From assembly GCA_963809665.1 (NCBI GenBank), contig CAWEKC010000001.1, positions 6,852-70,851 on the forward strand: 64,000 nucleotides of DNA. The letters run 5' to 3'. This DNA comes from Candidatus Gottesmanbacteria bacterium. Lineage in GTDB: Bacteria > Patescibacteriota > Microgenomatia > UBA10105 > UBA927. A model generated the notes under the pieces. The model ran no database searches. It worked only from the letters and a program-made list of their open reading frames with translations, and had not been told where the DNA came from. A program made the position numbers and the translations under genes. How positions within the stretch are numbered: position 1 is the stretch's first letter; each line of letters opens with the position of its first letter. Below are positions 52,280 through 60,853 of the stretch, one piece after another.

Positions 52280-52725
52280 GCCAATCCCTCCACTGTAATA
52301 ACGTGTGAGTCATCCTGTGCGGTCGTAAAACGGACATCTACACGGTTCCCGGGAAGCAGACTTCCCAGCCGCTCAGCCCACTCAATAACCGTGAATGAGG
52401 CTAAATCTGAAAAAACCTCCGGAAGCCCGATTCCTTCCAACTCCGATACAATGTGCAGCCGGTATAAGTCTACGTGGTAAAGATAATATTGTTTCTTAGG
52501 TATTTGATAACGTCGCACAATAATGAAGGTAGGGGAAAGTAATCGGGAAGTAATTCCTAAACCGCGGGCAAATCCCTGCGTAAAGGTGGTCTTGCCGCTC
52601 CCTAACTGTCCGTAAAGGCACAGAATACGGGGGCCTCCTCTATCCCCTAGATATAGAGCCAACTCTTCACCCGCACGCGCAGTTTCTTCGGACTTTTTGG
52701 TAATAATTTTATTATGGAAATCCAT
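52276..52725 (-). CDS. tsaE: tRNA t6A biosynthesis ATPase TsaE
   Basis: GQLGSGKTT, SPTF, HVDLYR and IEWA motifs. Confidence 0.95.
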   Translation of the reverse strand: MDFHNKIITKKSEETARAGEELALYLGDRGGPRILCLYGQLGSGKTTFTQGFARGLGITSRLLSPTFIIVRRYQIPKKQYYLYHVDLYRLHIVSELEGIGLPEVFSDLASFTVIEWAERLGSLLPGNRVDVRFTTAQDDSHVITVEGLA

Positions 52726-53030
52726 GCAAGTAACGCTCCCAGCGAGTCAATTATAACATCACGCAGAGTCCCCTCACGGGTGACGACAAAAAGTTGATGT
52801 ATTTCGTCGGAAGCGGCATAGAGAATTGTAATTATAAATGACGTCACGGGATTCTTTGTGGCCCGAAACGTCAGAATATACAAAAATGCATATTCGAGGA
52901 CATGAAGCGACTTAAAAAAGATGAAATTGACCGAATACTGGGACGATACGGTAATACGTGTCCGTGTTGAAAAGAAAAATATAATTGCCATCCAGAGAAC
53001 CACCGGCCCCCACAAACGGATGATTTTCAT
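52647..53030 (-). CDS. vanZ: VanZ-family membrane protein
   Basis: KSLHVLEYA and YAASDEIHQLFV..R....DVIID motifs. Confidence 0.85.
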   Translation of the reverse strand: MKIIRLWGPVVLWMAIIFFFSTRTRITVSSQYSVNFIFFKSLHVLEYAFLYILTFRATKNPVTSFIITILYAASDEIHQLFVVTREGTLRDVIIDSLGALLAWISIIKLLPKSPKKLRVRVKSWLYI

Positions 53031-53185
53031 TCTTCCAGTATACTAGAATTGCGCTTTTTCCACACAAAAACTACTGGACTCATGGAAGCTTTTGCAGGCC
53101 GGGCGGAAAAATTAATCCCCACAAAAAGGAGAACATAACCGCACATACGAAGAACCCGCATCATTTGAGTTCCCAGTATACAAAG

Positions 53186-53217
53186 TCAAAAAAGAAAAAT
53201 ATGTACGATGTCGTACA
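53186..53217 (-). terminator. Putative intrinsic terminator after the ftsEX-peptidase operon
   Basis: Minus strand reads TGTACG-ACAT-CGTACA followed by TATTTTTCTTTTTT, about 15 nt after the stop at 53232. Confidence 0.5.
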
Positions 53218-53231
53218 AACTGCAGGGTTTT

Positions 53232-54437
53232 TTACATAGATATCCGGTCAATCTCATAAATGCTGTTGATCGGATAATGATCCGTAAACGAAATTTTGTG
53301 CCCGTCGGGAACAAAGGGATCATTCATCGTATAACTGCCGTTGGAACCGCTTACAAGTACGACAAAATGCGTGTCTCCGTTGGAATATCTTATTCCCACT
53401 ATAACAGGACGTCCTGAGCTCAATTCACCGTCAATTTCGGAGGCTATTCTGGTTGAAGTTGTGCCGTCGGCAACAATGGTCCGGTTTAAAAAGGCGGGAT
53501 AATATGATGCGAAATTTGACGGGTTCGCGTTGATAGTCAGCGGGGTTACGCTTTTGTGCCCGAAATGGGTGTATACCATGGCCATGGAAGTCACAAGACA
53601 CCCGTCCGAGGCTATACTGTACTGTGTATTATTGAGTGCTGCAGCCCCCCACTGGCTGTCTCTCTGGTTATAATAACACCCCCAGTCATCACAAACAGTC
53701 TGGTTTGATAGAATGCTGGCCCCTCCCTGATTGGACGCGAAGCTTGAAAATCCGGCAAGCTGCGCTTTGGCAGCCGCAAGAAGCTGCTGATAAATAGCTT
53801 CCTGACCCTGTGTTTCGGCCAGTAGCGTATTCTTTGCCTGCTTTTGTTGTGCCAGTTGCTTATTCTGTATTTCCAGCTGCGCCTGCACCTGCTCAAGTTG
53901 TTTCGATTTATCTTCCCGTATCTGTTTGCTGTCGTTGTAACTGTTTTGCGTTGACTTCACCTGAAATACAAGCGCGGCGTCTTCCTGCTGAACCGCCTGG
54001 ATGTATTTTACCCGGTTAATCAGATCCGATACATTACGGCTGAAAAGAAGTATGCCGAATTGCGGTGCAACGGACCGTTTATACGCCTCGGGAATTCGGT
54101 GAAGGAGGAGCGGCAGCCGTACGTTCAAAACATCTTCAAGACGTTTCACCTCATTCTCCAGTTTCGTAATTTCATCAAGCAGCGTATTAATCTTCGTCTG
54201 TGTCGCCTCAATCCGGATCGTCGTCAGCTTGATCTGGTTATCCATATAGCTGATCTCTCCGGAGAGTGTATTTTCCTGATTTTTGCAGGAAGTGACCAGA
54301 TTGCTGTAACAATCCGCTCGTTTTGAAAGATCGCTTTCGCCCGCACACGGGTCGCCTTCGCATGATTGGGCAAAAATCCTAAGAGGAAATAGGAAGAAAA
54401 GTGCAATAAATATCCCAATCCATATTCGTTTGTTCAT
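53232..54437 (-). CDS. PcsB/CwlO-like coiled-coil protein with a C-terminal peptidase C39-like domain (putative FtsEX-activated cell-wall hydrolase)
   Basis: Signal peptide and long Q/E/K heptad region, then YYNQRDSQW..GCLVTSMAM..HFVV..NDP (Cys-His-Asp). Directly downstream of ftsX. Confidence 0.8.
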   Translation of the reverse strand: MNKRIWIGIFIALFFLFPLRIFAQSCEGDPCAGESDLSKRADCYSNLVTSCKNQENTLSGEISYMDNQIKLTTIRIEATQTKINTLLDEITKLENEVKRLEDVLNVRLPLLLHRIPEAYKRSVAPQFGILLFSRNVSDLINRVKYIQAVQQEDAALVFQVKSTQNSYNDSKQIREDKSKQLEQVQAQLEIQNKQLAQQKQAKNTLLAETQGQEAIYQQLLAAAKAQLAGFSSFASNQGGASILSNQTVCDDWGCYYNQRDSQWGAAALNNTQYSIASDGCLVTSMAMVYTHFGHKSVTPLTINANPSNFASYYPAFLNRTIVADGTTSTRIASEIDGELSSGRPVIVGIRYSNGDTHFVVLVSGSNGSYTMNDPFVPDGHKISFTDHYPINSIYEIDRISM

Positions 54438-54444
54438 GCATGCG

Positions 54445-55342
54445 TCAGAACTTTAAATATCGCCCGAGGGCAATAAGACTTCCTACACTTCCCAGGAAAA
54501 ATCCGATAAGAAGCATTGCCCCCAAAAATCCGCCTACCGCCAGCAGAAAGGGCGCAGCTGTGATGCTCCCCATAACAACGCCGATGGCGGGAATCATGCC
54601 CAGGAATGACAGTGCGGCCGGCCGGATCCAGATGACCAGCCCGGTAATAATCATCCACGCCATGAATGCGCCCGATGCCCCGTAAAACCCGCCCTCCATA
54701 ATAAACGGCATGCGGATATACCAGGGGCTCGCACCGACCAGTTTGAGGATCTCGATTTCTTCTTTTTTAAGCGCTATTTTCATGCTTACGACCGTCATGA
54801 TGATAAGAAGCGAATCAATCGCCAAAAGGATTGCCAGCGACCCGCCTACAATACGTATGGCATTCGTCCAGGAAAGAAGCGTATCCACCACATCTTTCTG
54901 GAAAACCACCTCTTCTACTCCCTGCGCCTTCCGGATAATAGGATCAAGCTCGTTTAAAAATGCCGGATCTTTGGCGGATACTTCCAGCGATGCGGGAAGA
55001 ATATCTGCCGTTACCATCTCCAAGCAGTAACGGATCGCTCTTATTCTGCTCGCGGTAAATCGCCAGGGCATCCTCTTTGGAAACGTATTTCATTGAAGAT
55101 ACTTTTCCTGTTGCGTCCAGTGTCTTTTCCAAAGTTTTAGAGTCATCTAGTGTTGCCTTGTCAGTGAAAAATACCGTAATCTGCGGCTTGCTTTCAAAAA
55201 ACTGCAGAACGAGAACCGAGGAAACGGTCGCAAGGAAAAATAATCCTCCCAGAAGAAATGTCAGGAACATCGTGAGAATCGCCGCCATTGCCTGATACGG
55301 GCTGCGCCTGACATGAGTCCAGGTACTAGGAATGAGTCGCAT
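54445..55342 (-). CDS. ftsX: Cell division permease FtsX (frameshift near 55020)
   Basis: ORFs 54944..55342 and 54445..55071 join on removing one base (DPLLLEMVTADILPASLEV). KYVSKEDAL and EIEILKLVGA..IRMPFIMEG motifs. Confidence 0.88.
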
Positions 55343-56039
55343 GTTTCTCCTTTGCATGTTTCACGGGATACTTGCCGTGAGCTTCATCATTGACGAGTTT
55401 TCCCGCGGTCAGGGTAATCGTACGCTTTTTAAAATTATTCACGATATTTGCGTTGTGGGTCGCCATAACTATCGTGGTGCCGATTTTATTAATTTCGTTT
55501 AATATATCTAAAACTTCCCAGGAAGTTTCCGGGTCCAGATTCCCCGTGGGTTCATCTGCCAGCAGTATGGACGGTCCGCCGACTATTGCGCGGGCAATAC
55601 CCGTCCGCTGCATTTCACCGGCAGCCAGCTGCAACGGGAATGAATTTTTTTTACCGGCAAGCCCCACAAGCTCCAGCACATCCAATACCCGTGTTTGAAT
55701 TTCTTTATCGGATTTCCCCAGTATCTCGAGGCCCAGGGCAACGTTTTCAAACACCGTCCGGTCAGTGAGGAGTTTAAAATCCTGGAACACCGTCCCGACT
55801 TTACGGCGCAGCAGATGAATTTTAGGAGCGGGAAGCGTATTGACATGCCAGTTATCTATATGAATGTTTCCGGTCGTGGGCAGTAAATCCCGGATAAGAA
55901 GCCGGAGCATCGTGGTTTTGCCGGCACCTGACGGCCCGATAAGAAAGACAAACTCACCGTCAGGAATTTCTACGGTAACATCGGACAACGCATGCACGTG
56001 CCCGGGATATTGTTTCGTAACATGGTCGAATCGAATCAT
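55326..56039 (-). CDS. ftsE: Cell division ATP-binding protein FtsE
   Basis: GPSGAGKTT, VFQDFKLL, LLADEPTGNLD and ATH motifs. Upstream of ftsX. Confidence 0.93.
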   Translation of the reverse strand: MIRFDHVTKQYPGHVHALSDVTVEIPDGEFVFLIGPSGAGKTTMLRLLIRDLLPTTGNIHIDNWHVNTLPAPKIHLLRRKVGTVFQDFKLLTDRTVFENVALGLEILGKSDKEIQTRVLDVLELVGLAGKKNSFPLQLAAGEMQRTGIARAIVGGPSILLADEPTGNLDPETSWEVLDILNEINKIGTTIVMATHNANIVNNFKKRTITLTAGKLVNDEAHGKYPVKHAKEKHATHS

Positions 56040-56045
56040 TGCTGC

Positions 56046-56531
56046 TTACTGAAGTTCTATTCTCCCGACATCCATGAGCCATGCGGCTTTTTGGGCTGCC
56101 ATCGTCTGTCCGAATACTTTTACTTTTTTACCGACGTATTGGTCAAGGTCTACGACAGAAGATAGAAGAGTAACTGTTTGGGACGGACCGCCGTCGCGGA
56201 CAAGACTGTGTGTGCCTTCCCCGTCGGTGCCGCCTTTCTGGATAACGCCCACAGCGGTATCTTTAAACGTCGTCGTATCGCTGCTTCCGGAGACTTTATC
56301 TGCAGCAACATTAGCCGGTAATCCGCCTGTACCGGTAACCGTAGCACGTGATAACAGATATCCGGTGCCGATACCCAAAAGTGCCAGAAGCACATACACA
56401 CCGATAATCATGCGTGAAGAGCGAGTTTTCATTACTGTATCTCCTTTTTTTACCGGATCAATGGGTTCCACAATCGGCGCATCTTCAGTATCTGCCGCCG
56501 GTGCATTTTTCATTTTCTCCTGAGTCTTCAT
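56046..56531 (-). CDS. Hypothetical single-TM protein with a small beta-rich C-terminal domain
   Basis: 161 aa with GGGAG SD and one TM, then GEGTH.L.R.GG.SQTV.L.SSVVDL..YVGKKVKV.G.T. Confidence 0.75.
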   Translation of the reverse strand: MKTQEKMKNAPAADTEDAPIVEPIDPVKKGDTVMKTRSSRMIIGVYVLLALLGIGTGYLLSRATVTGTGGLPANVAADKVSGSSDTTTFKDTAVGVIQKGGTDGEGTHSLVRDGGPSQTVTLLSSVVDLDQYVGKKVKVFGQTMAAQKAAWLMDVGRIELQ

Positions 56532-56565
56532 ACGATTTGACTCCCTGTGACCTCATTATCAATGG

Positions 56566-57576
56566 TTACGATATTTTTTTCAAGTACGCGATGATAAAAT
56601 CGTCAAGATCTCCGTCCAGTACGCGATCGGTGTTACTGGTTTCAACCCCTGTCCGTAAATCTTTCACCATATGGTACGGGTGAAGTACATAGGAACGGAT
56701 CTGGTTCCCCCATCCCGGTGTCTTATAAACACCGCGAATATTTTTCTCTTCCGAAAGGCGCTTCGCCTGTTCTTTTTCCCATAATTTAGCACGGAGTACT
56801 TTCAGGGCATATTCGCGGTTTTGGCCCTGATACCGCTGCGCCTGGCTCGTAACGATGATACCCGTCGGCTTATGCAACAGGCGGACGGCAGTGGACACCT
56901 TATTGACGTTCTGGCCGCCCTTGCCGCCGCTCCGGTAAAAATCCCACACCAGATCATCATCTTTAATATTCACCGCGGCATTATCCTCAAGAACCGGAAG
57001 TACCTCCGTCATGGCAAATGAGGTCTGACGCAGTTTATCCGCATTAAACGGTGACTGGCGAACCAACCGGTGCACCCCGGCTTCAGCTTTTAAAAATCCG
57101 TAGGCATACGCTCCGCTAACCGTTACCGTAACGCTTTTAATTCCTGCCTCATCACCGGGCGTGTAATCGATTTCTTCGGAAGACCAGCCTTTCCGCTCAA
57201 TATAGCGCGTATACATGCGATAAAGCATGCTTGTCCAATCCATGGCCTCGGTGCCTCCCTGACCCGAATGGATGGCAAAAATCGCATCTCCGCGGTCGTA
57301 CGGGCCCGACAAATACAGGGCAAATTCCATCCTGTCAAGCTCGCGCGAGAGATCTTTTTCGTTCCCTTCAGTAATATACAGCGCGAGCATTTCCCCTTCC
57401 TCTATCTCCTTTTGGAGTGCCGCCATTTCTTTCATCTTTTTCGTTGCTGTCTGATTATCTTTCCAGAAGTCAGGGTGGCTGCTGAGCGCTTCAATCTCTC
57501 TGACGGCCTTACGTTTCCCGTCCAAATCGAGTTTAGTAATAAGTTCGCGGGCACGGGTAGTTAATGATTCATCCAT
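56566..57576 (-). CDS. prfB: Peptide chain release factor 2
   Basis: SPF recognition motif (VRQSPFN), GGQ motif and [13 protein letters not shown]. Single continuous ORF. Confidence 0.96.
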   Translation of the reverse strand: MDESLTTRARELITKLDLDGKRKAVREIEALSSHPDFWKDNQTATKKMKEMAALQKEIEEGEMLALYITEGNEKDLSRELDRMEFALYLSGPYDRGDAIFAIHSGQGGTEAMDWTSMLYRMYTRYIERKGWSSEEIDYTPGDEAGIKSVTVTVSGAYAYGFLKAEAGVHRLVRQSPFNADKLRQTSFAMTEVLPVLEDNAAVNIKDDDLVWDFYRSGGKGGQNVNKVSTAVRLLHKPTGIIVTSQAQRYQGQNREYALKVLRAKLWEKEQAKRLSEEKNIRGVYKTPGWGNQIRSYVLHPYHMVKDLRTGVETSNTDRVLDGDLDDFIIAYLKKIS

Positions 57577-57581
57577 GAGGC

Positions 57582-58373
57582 TTATTTTATCATGAGTGAG
57601 AGAAGAAATATCAGGATGGCGATGATGACGATAGTGCCACCCGAAGACAGGTCGAAATAGAATGAAATAATAATACCGCTCACCACGGAAAAAAGAGATA
57701 CCAGTTCCGCAATAATAATCGTTTGCAGAAAACTTTTTTTAAACTGCAGTGCGGTAATAACCGGTATAACAACAAGTGCCGCAATCAACAGAACACCCAC
57801 GATGGGGATGGCAACGGCAACCGTAAACGCCGCCAGGGTGATAAGCAGGAGATTCATGTACCGGGTCGGGATCCCTGCTACGGTCGCCGACTCCTCATCA
57901 AACGTGAGGTATACGAGTTCCTTGTAGAATGCGATAACAGCGCCTACTACAACCAATCCCAATCCCGCGATAATAAAAATATCTGATTGTTTCACGGTAA
58001 GGATGCTTCCGAAAAGATAATTGAAAATATCAACATTAAATCCGCGGCCGAAACTGATAAGAATAATCGCTATGGCTAAACTTCCGGACAAAAATAGTGA
58101 CAGCGCAGATTCCCCGTATACTTTTTTGGACAACCGCAGCCGTTCTATGGCAAAAGATGAAATAACGGCGGTCGCAATTGCAGTAATAAGCGGATTAATG
58201 CCTACGAGCAGTCCGATTGCAACTCCTGCAAGCGAAACATGAGCAAGCGTATCGGCGATGAGCGAATACCGCCGGAGCACCAAAAACGTACCGATAAGCG
58301 GGGCAATTAAGGCGACAATAACACCCGCCTCCATGGCCCGGATGACAAATGAATACTGAAACAAATCAAACAT
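57582..58373 (-). CDS. znuB: Zn/Mn ABC transporter permease
   Basis: [22 protein letters not shown] and VGVLLI motifs. Confidence 0.88.
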   Translation of the reverse strand: MFDLFQYSFVIRAMEAGVIVALIAPLIGTFLVLRRYSLIADTLAHVSLAGVAIGLLVGINPLITAIATAVISSFAIERLRLSKKVYGESALSLFLSGSLAIAIILISFGRGFNVDIFNYLFGSILTVKQSDIFIIAGLGLVVVGAVIAFYKELVYLTFDEESATVAGIPTRYMNLLLITLAAFTVAVAIPIVGVLLIAALVVIPVITALQFKKSFLQTIIIAELVSLFSVVSGIIISFYFDLSSGGTIVIIAILIFLLSLMIK

Positions 58374-59055
58374 ACGGACACTCTTTCGTATCACCGTAAT
58401 ACATTAATTTTTGATTGATAACTGCGACGTGGGAAACCTCCCGCTTGACGACATCAAGGTCGTGGGCTATAAGAACGAGGGTTATCCCCAACTGCTGATT
58501 GAATTTCTTGAGTAACGAATAAAATTGTTTCTGGGAATTCTCATCGATCCCTGCGGTCGGTTCGTCCAAAAAAATGACGCGGGGATGCCCGCCACATATG
58601 GCTCTGGCGATAAACACCCGCTGCTGCTGGCCGCCGGATAAATTCCCGATGAGTACGTCTTTAAATTCTTCTAATCCGACCTGACGGATGGCTGTATCAA
58701 TAGCTTCCCTGTCCCCGTTCGTGAGTGGGCGCAGAAGCCCGCGCTGACCGATACGGCCCTGCGCTACCACTTCCGCGACTGTAATGGGAAATCCGGTGTC
58801 AAAATGCGTTGCGTTTTGCGCCAGATACCCGATGGAAGGAACAGATAATCGGATACTGCCGGAATCGGGCTTCAATAATCCGAGAATAAGTTTGAGAAGC
58901 GTCGTTTTTCCCCCGCCGTTGGGACCGATGATACCGAGATAGTCTCCTGCATGGATATCCAGAGTAACGTTTTTTACGGCATCTTCGACTCCGTTATATG
59001 TATAGGAAACATTATGAACCTCAATAACGTTTTTTGAATGATCTACTTGGCGCAT
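58366..59055 (-). CDS. znuC: Zn/Mn ABC transporter ATP-binding protein
   Basis: GPNGGGKTT, LSGGQQQR, LDEPT and HD motifs. Confidence 0.88.
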   Translation of the reverse strand: MRQVDHSKNVIEVHNVSYTYNGVEDAVKNVTLDIHAGDYLGIIGPNGGGKTTLLKLILGLLKPDSGSIRLSVPSIGYLAQNATHFDTGFPITVAEVVAQGRIGQRGLLRPLTNGDREAIDTAIRQVGLEEFKDVLIGNLSGGQQQRVFIARAICGGHPRVIFLDEPTAGIDENSQKQFYSLLKKFNQQLGITLVLIAHDLDVVKREVSHVAVINQKLMYYGDTKECPYV

Positions 59056-59966
59056 GATAAAGCTGTTTGCAGGTTTTTAAGGTTGTCCTGCATAATCGTA
59101 TAATAGTTTTTTCCTGCTTTTATGTCATCACCCGATACGCCTTCAATAGGATCAAGAACAAGCGTCTTCGCCCCTACTTCCGTAGCAACTGTTTCTGATA
59201 GTTTCGGGCTTATTAATTTTTCAAAAAAAATATATTTCACGTTATGCAATTTCGCAAATGCAACGACATCTGCCAGTTGTTGCGCGGATGGCTCAGCATC
59301 CGGTGAAAGTCCCGTCACCGTTACCTGGGTAAGCCCATACCGTGTCGCCAGATAGCCGAATGCTGCATGCGACGTAATAATATCTTTTTCCTGACATGTA
59401 GCCAGTCCGGCTTTATATTCCGCATCCAGTGCATCAAACTTTGTATCCAACGCTTTTTCATTTTGCCGGTAGTACGTCGTATTCGCCGGATCAATTTTCA
59501 CAAATTCCTCTGCAATTGCGTGTGCTTCCTGTTTAGCGAGAACCGGATCGAGCCATACGTGCGGGTCGATTTGATTTTGACCGTTCTCTTCGACCTGTTG
59601 GGTTAAAAGTCCCTGACCGGCAATCACTACCTGAACATTTGTCCCTTTCAAGTTATCTTTAATTTTATTCCCCCATGCTTCAACACCTCCGTTGAGCACG
59701 AGAAGATTTCCTTTTTCGATTTTTGCAATATCTCCCGCTGACGGATCATAGTCATGAGGTTCTGAGCCGGACGGAGTTATATTTAGTACCTCTGCCTTAT
59801 CACCGGCAATCTGTGTCGTAAAATAATAGAGAGGATAAAAAGACGCTGCCACCTGAAGTTTACCGTTTGCTTTCCCTTGCCCATTAGGATTACGCTGGAC
59901 CACTACAAAAGCAAACAACGCAATTGCGACTATCAATATACCAACAATCAGATATTTGTTCTTCAT
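59043..59966 (-). CDS. znuA: Zn ABC transporter substrate-binding protein (ZnuA/AdcA family)
   Basis: Metal-ligand motifs EPHDY, DPHVW, SHAAFGY and DPIE. N-terminal TM anchor. Confidence 0.88.
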   Translation of the reverse strand: MKNKYLIVGILIVAIALFAFVVVQRNPNGQGKANGKLQVAASFYPLYYFTTQIAGDKAEVLNITPSGSEPHDYDPSAGDIAKIEKGNLLVLNGGVEAWGNKIKDNLKGTNVQVVIAGQGLLTQQVEENGQNQIDPHVWLDPVLAKQEAHAIAEEFVKIDPANTTYYRQNEKALDTKFDALDAEYKAGLATCQEKDIITSHAAFGYLATRYGLTQVTVTGLSPDAEPSAQQLADVVAFAKLHNVKYIFFEKLISPKLSETVATEVGAKTLVLDPIEGVSGDDIKAGKNYYTIMQDNLKNLQTALSCAK

Positions 59967-59969
59967 ATG

Positions 59970-60383
59970 TCAATACTGGCAATCGGCGCACAACCCGAAA
60001 AATTCGAGTGAATGACGTTTTACCAAAACTCCTTTCTTTTTAATCATACGTTTAATCAGGATTGAAACATTGCAATCTTCAATATCTTCTATAGTGCCGC
60101 ACTGGTCGCAGACAAAATGGTGATGTTCTGGTTTATCGGCGTATTCATACCGCAGTTTACCTTCATTAAATTGGATGGATTTTAACAGACCTTTTTCCGT
60201 AAGCGAGTTGAGGATTCGGAAAACCGTAACTTTATCTGCAGGTATCGTATTTTTTTTGAGACTTTTTATTATCGAGGAAACATCCATGGGAGTATCTGTG
60301 TGTTCCAACACATCAAGTACACCCAGCCGCGCCGGAGTGACTTTTAATTCCGCGTCGTGAAGTTCGACTTTACAATCATGCAT
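59970..60383 (-). CDS. zur: Fur-family regulator, probably Zur
   Basis: TPAR, TVFR, HHHFVCDQCG and CADC motifs. First gene of the znuACB operon. Start reassigned to MHDCK. Confidence 0.82.
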   Translation of the reverse strand: MHDCKVELHDAELKVTPARLGVLDVLEHTDTPMDVSSIIKSLKKNTIPADKVTVFRILNSLTEKGLLKSIQFNEGKLRYEYADKPEHHHFVCDQCGTIEDIEDCNVSILIKRMIKKKGVLVKRHSLEFFGLCADCQY

Positions 60384-60390
60384 GCGAATT

Positions 60391-60419
60391 ATTATATGCA
60401 ACTAAGTTGCATTTGTCAA
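60391..60419 (-). promoter_or_regulatory. Consensus sigma70 promoter with an 8-1-8 palindromic operator (putative Zur box)
   Basis: Minus strand TTGACA-17 nt-TATAAT. ATGCAACT-n-AGTTGCAT at 60396-60412 fills the spacer. The ATG is 7 nt after the -10. Confidence 0.85.
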
Positions 60420-60423
60420 TTAC

Positions 60424-60822
60424 TTATTTCACCGAGGGTGTCGCAGAAGGCGAAGAGGTACAAATAATCTCTTGGAGAGTTTTTTGCTGATCCTTGGGGA
60501 GTTTCCCGTATTGGCTTGTCAGCTGTGCCGTTACCTGGGACATAATGATCGTTTGGACCCGTTTTTGTGCCGCATTTTTAATACCGTTCCACGCATTGTT
60601 TGCAGCCTGTCCTAAATTGACAGGCTGAACGCTTTTATCGTCCGTAACTCCCAATACCTGTGCCACCTGATTTCCTGCCGGCGTCTTAATAACGGTATCG
60701 TGCACCTGCTGGAGAAGCTGCGGACGCGGGGCGCTGGTTACGCGCGGCCACACCAGACTCCCGCCGGATAATGTAACGCCGAATACCAGAGCGGCAAGCA
60801 CAAGCTGAACAACAAGTTCCAT
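60424..60822 (-). CDS. Hypothetical membrane-anchored/secreted protein
   Basis: 132 aa from MELVVQ with an N-terminal hydrophobic helix, a QVLG motif and an S/T/P-rich tail. Confidence 0.7.
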   Translation of the reverse strand: MELVVQLVLAALVFGVTLSGGSLVWPRVTSAPRPQLLQQVHDTVIKTPAGNQVAQVLGVTDDKSVQPVNLGQAANNAWNGIKNAAQKRVQTIIMSQVTAQLTSQYGKLPKDQQKTLQEIICTSSPSATPSVK

Positions 60823-60853
60823 AATACTATAAGTATATGGTATAACTACATGA

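Noticed and set aside
52647-53030. vanZ as a glycopeptide-resistance locus
   Set aside because: No vanHAX or vanRS genes are present, and stand-alone VanZ-family genes are widespread.
53031-53231. Structured ncRNA or riboswitch in the largest intergenic gap
   Set aside because: Only one short hairpin with a T-tract (terminator-like) is visible, with no recognisable tRNA or riboswitch consensus.
1230-55030. Phase variation or programmed frameshifting of glycosyltransferase genes
   Set aside because: The runs are too short for slippage tracts, no stimulatory signals are evident, and housekeeping ftsX is hit in the same way.
56566-57576. Alternative genetic code (UGA recoding as in some CPR lineages)
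   Set aside because: RF2 is present and TGA terminates many genes at the expected positions.
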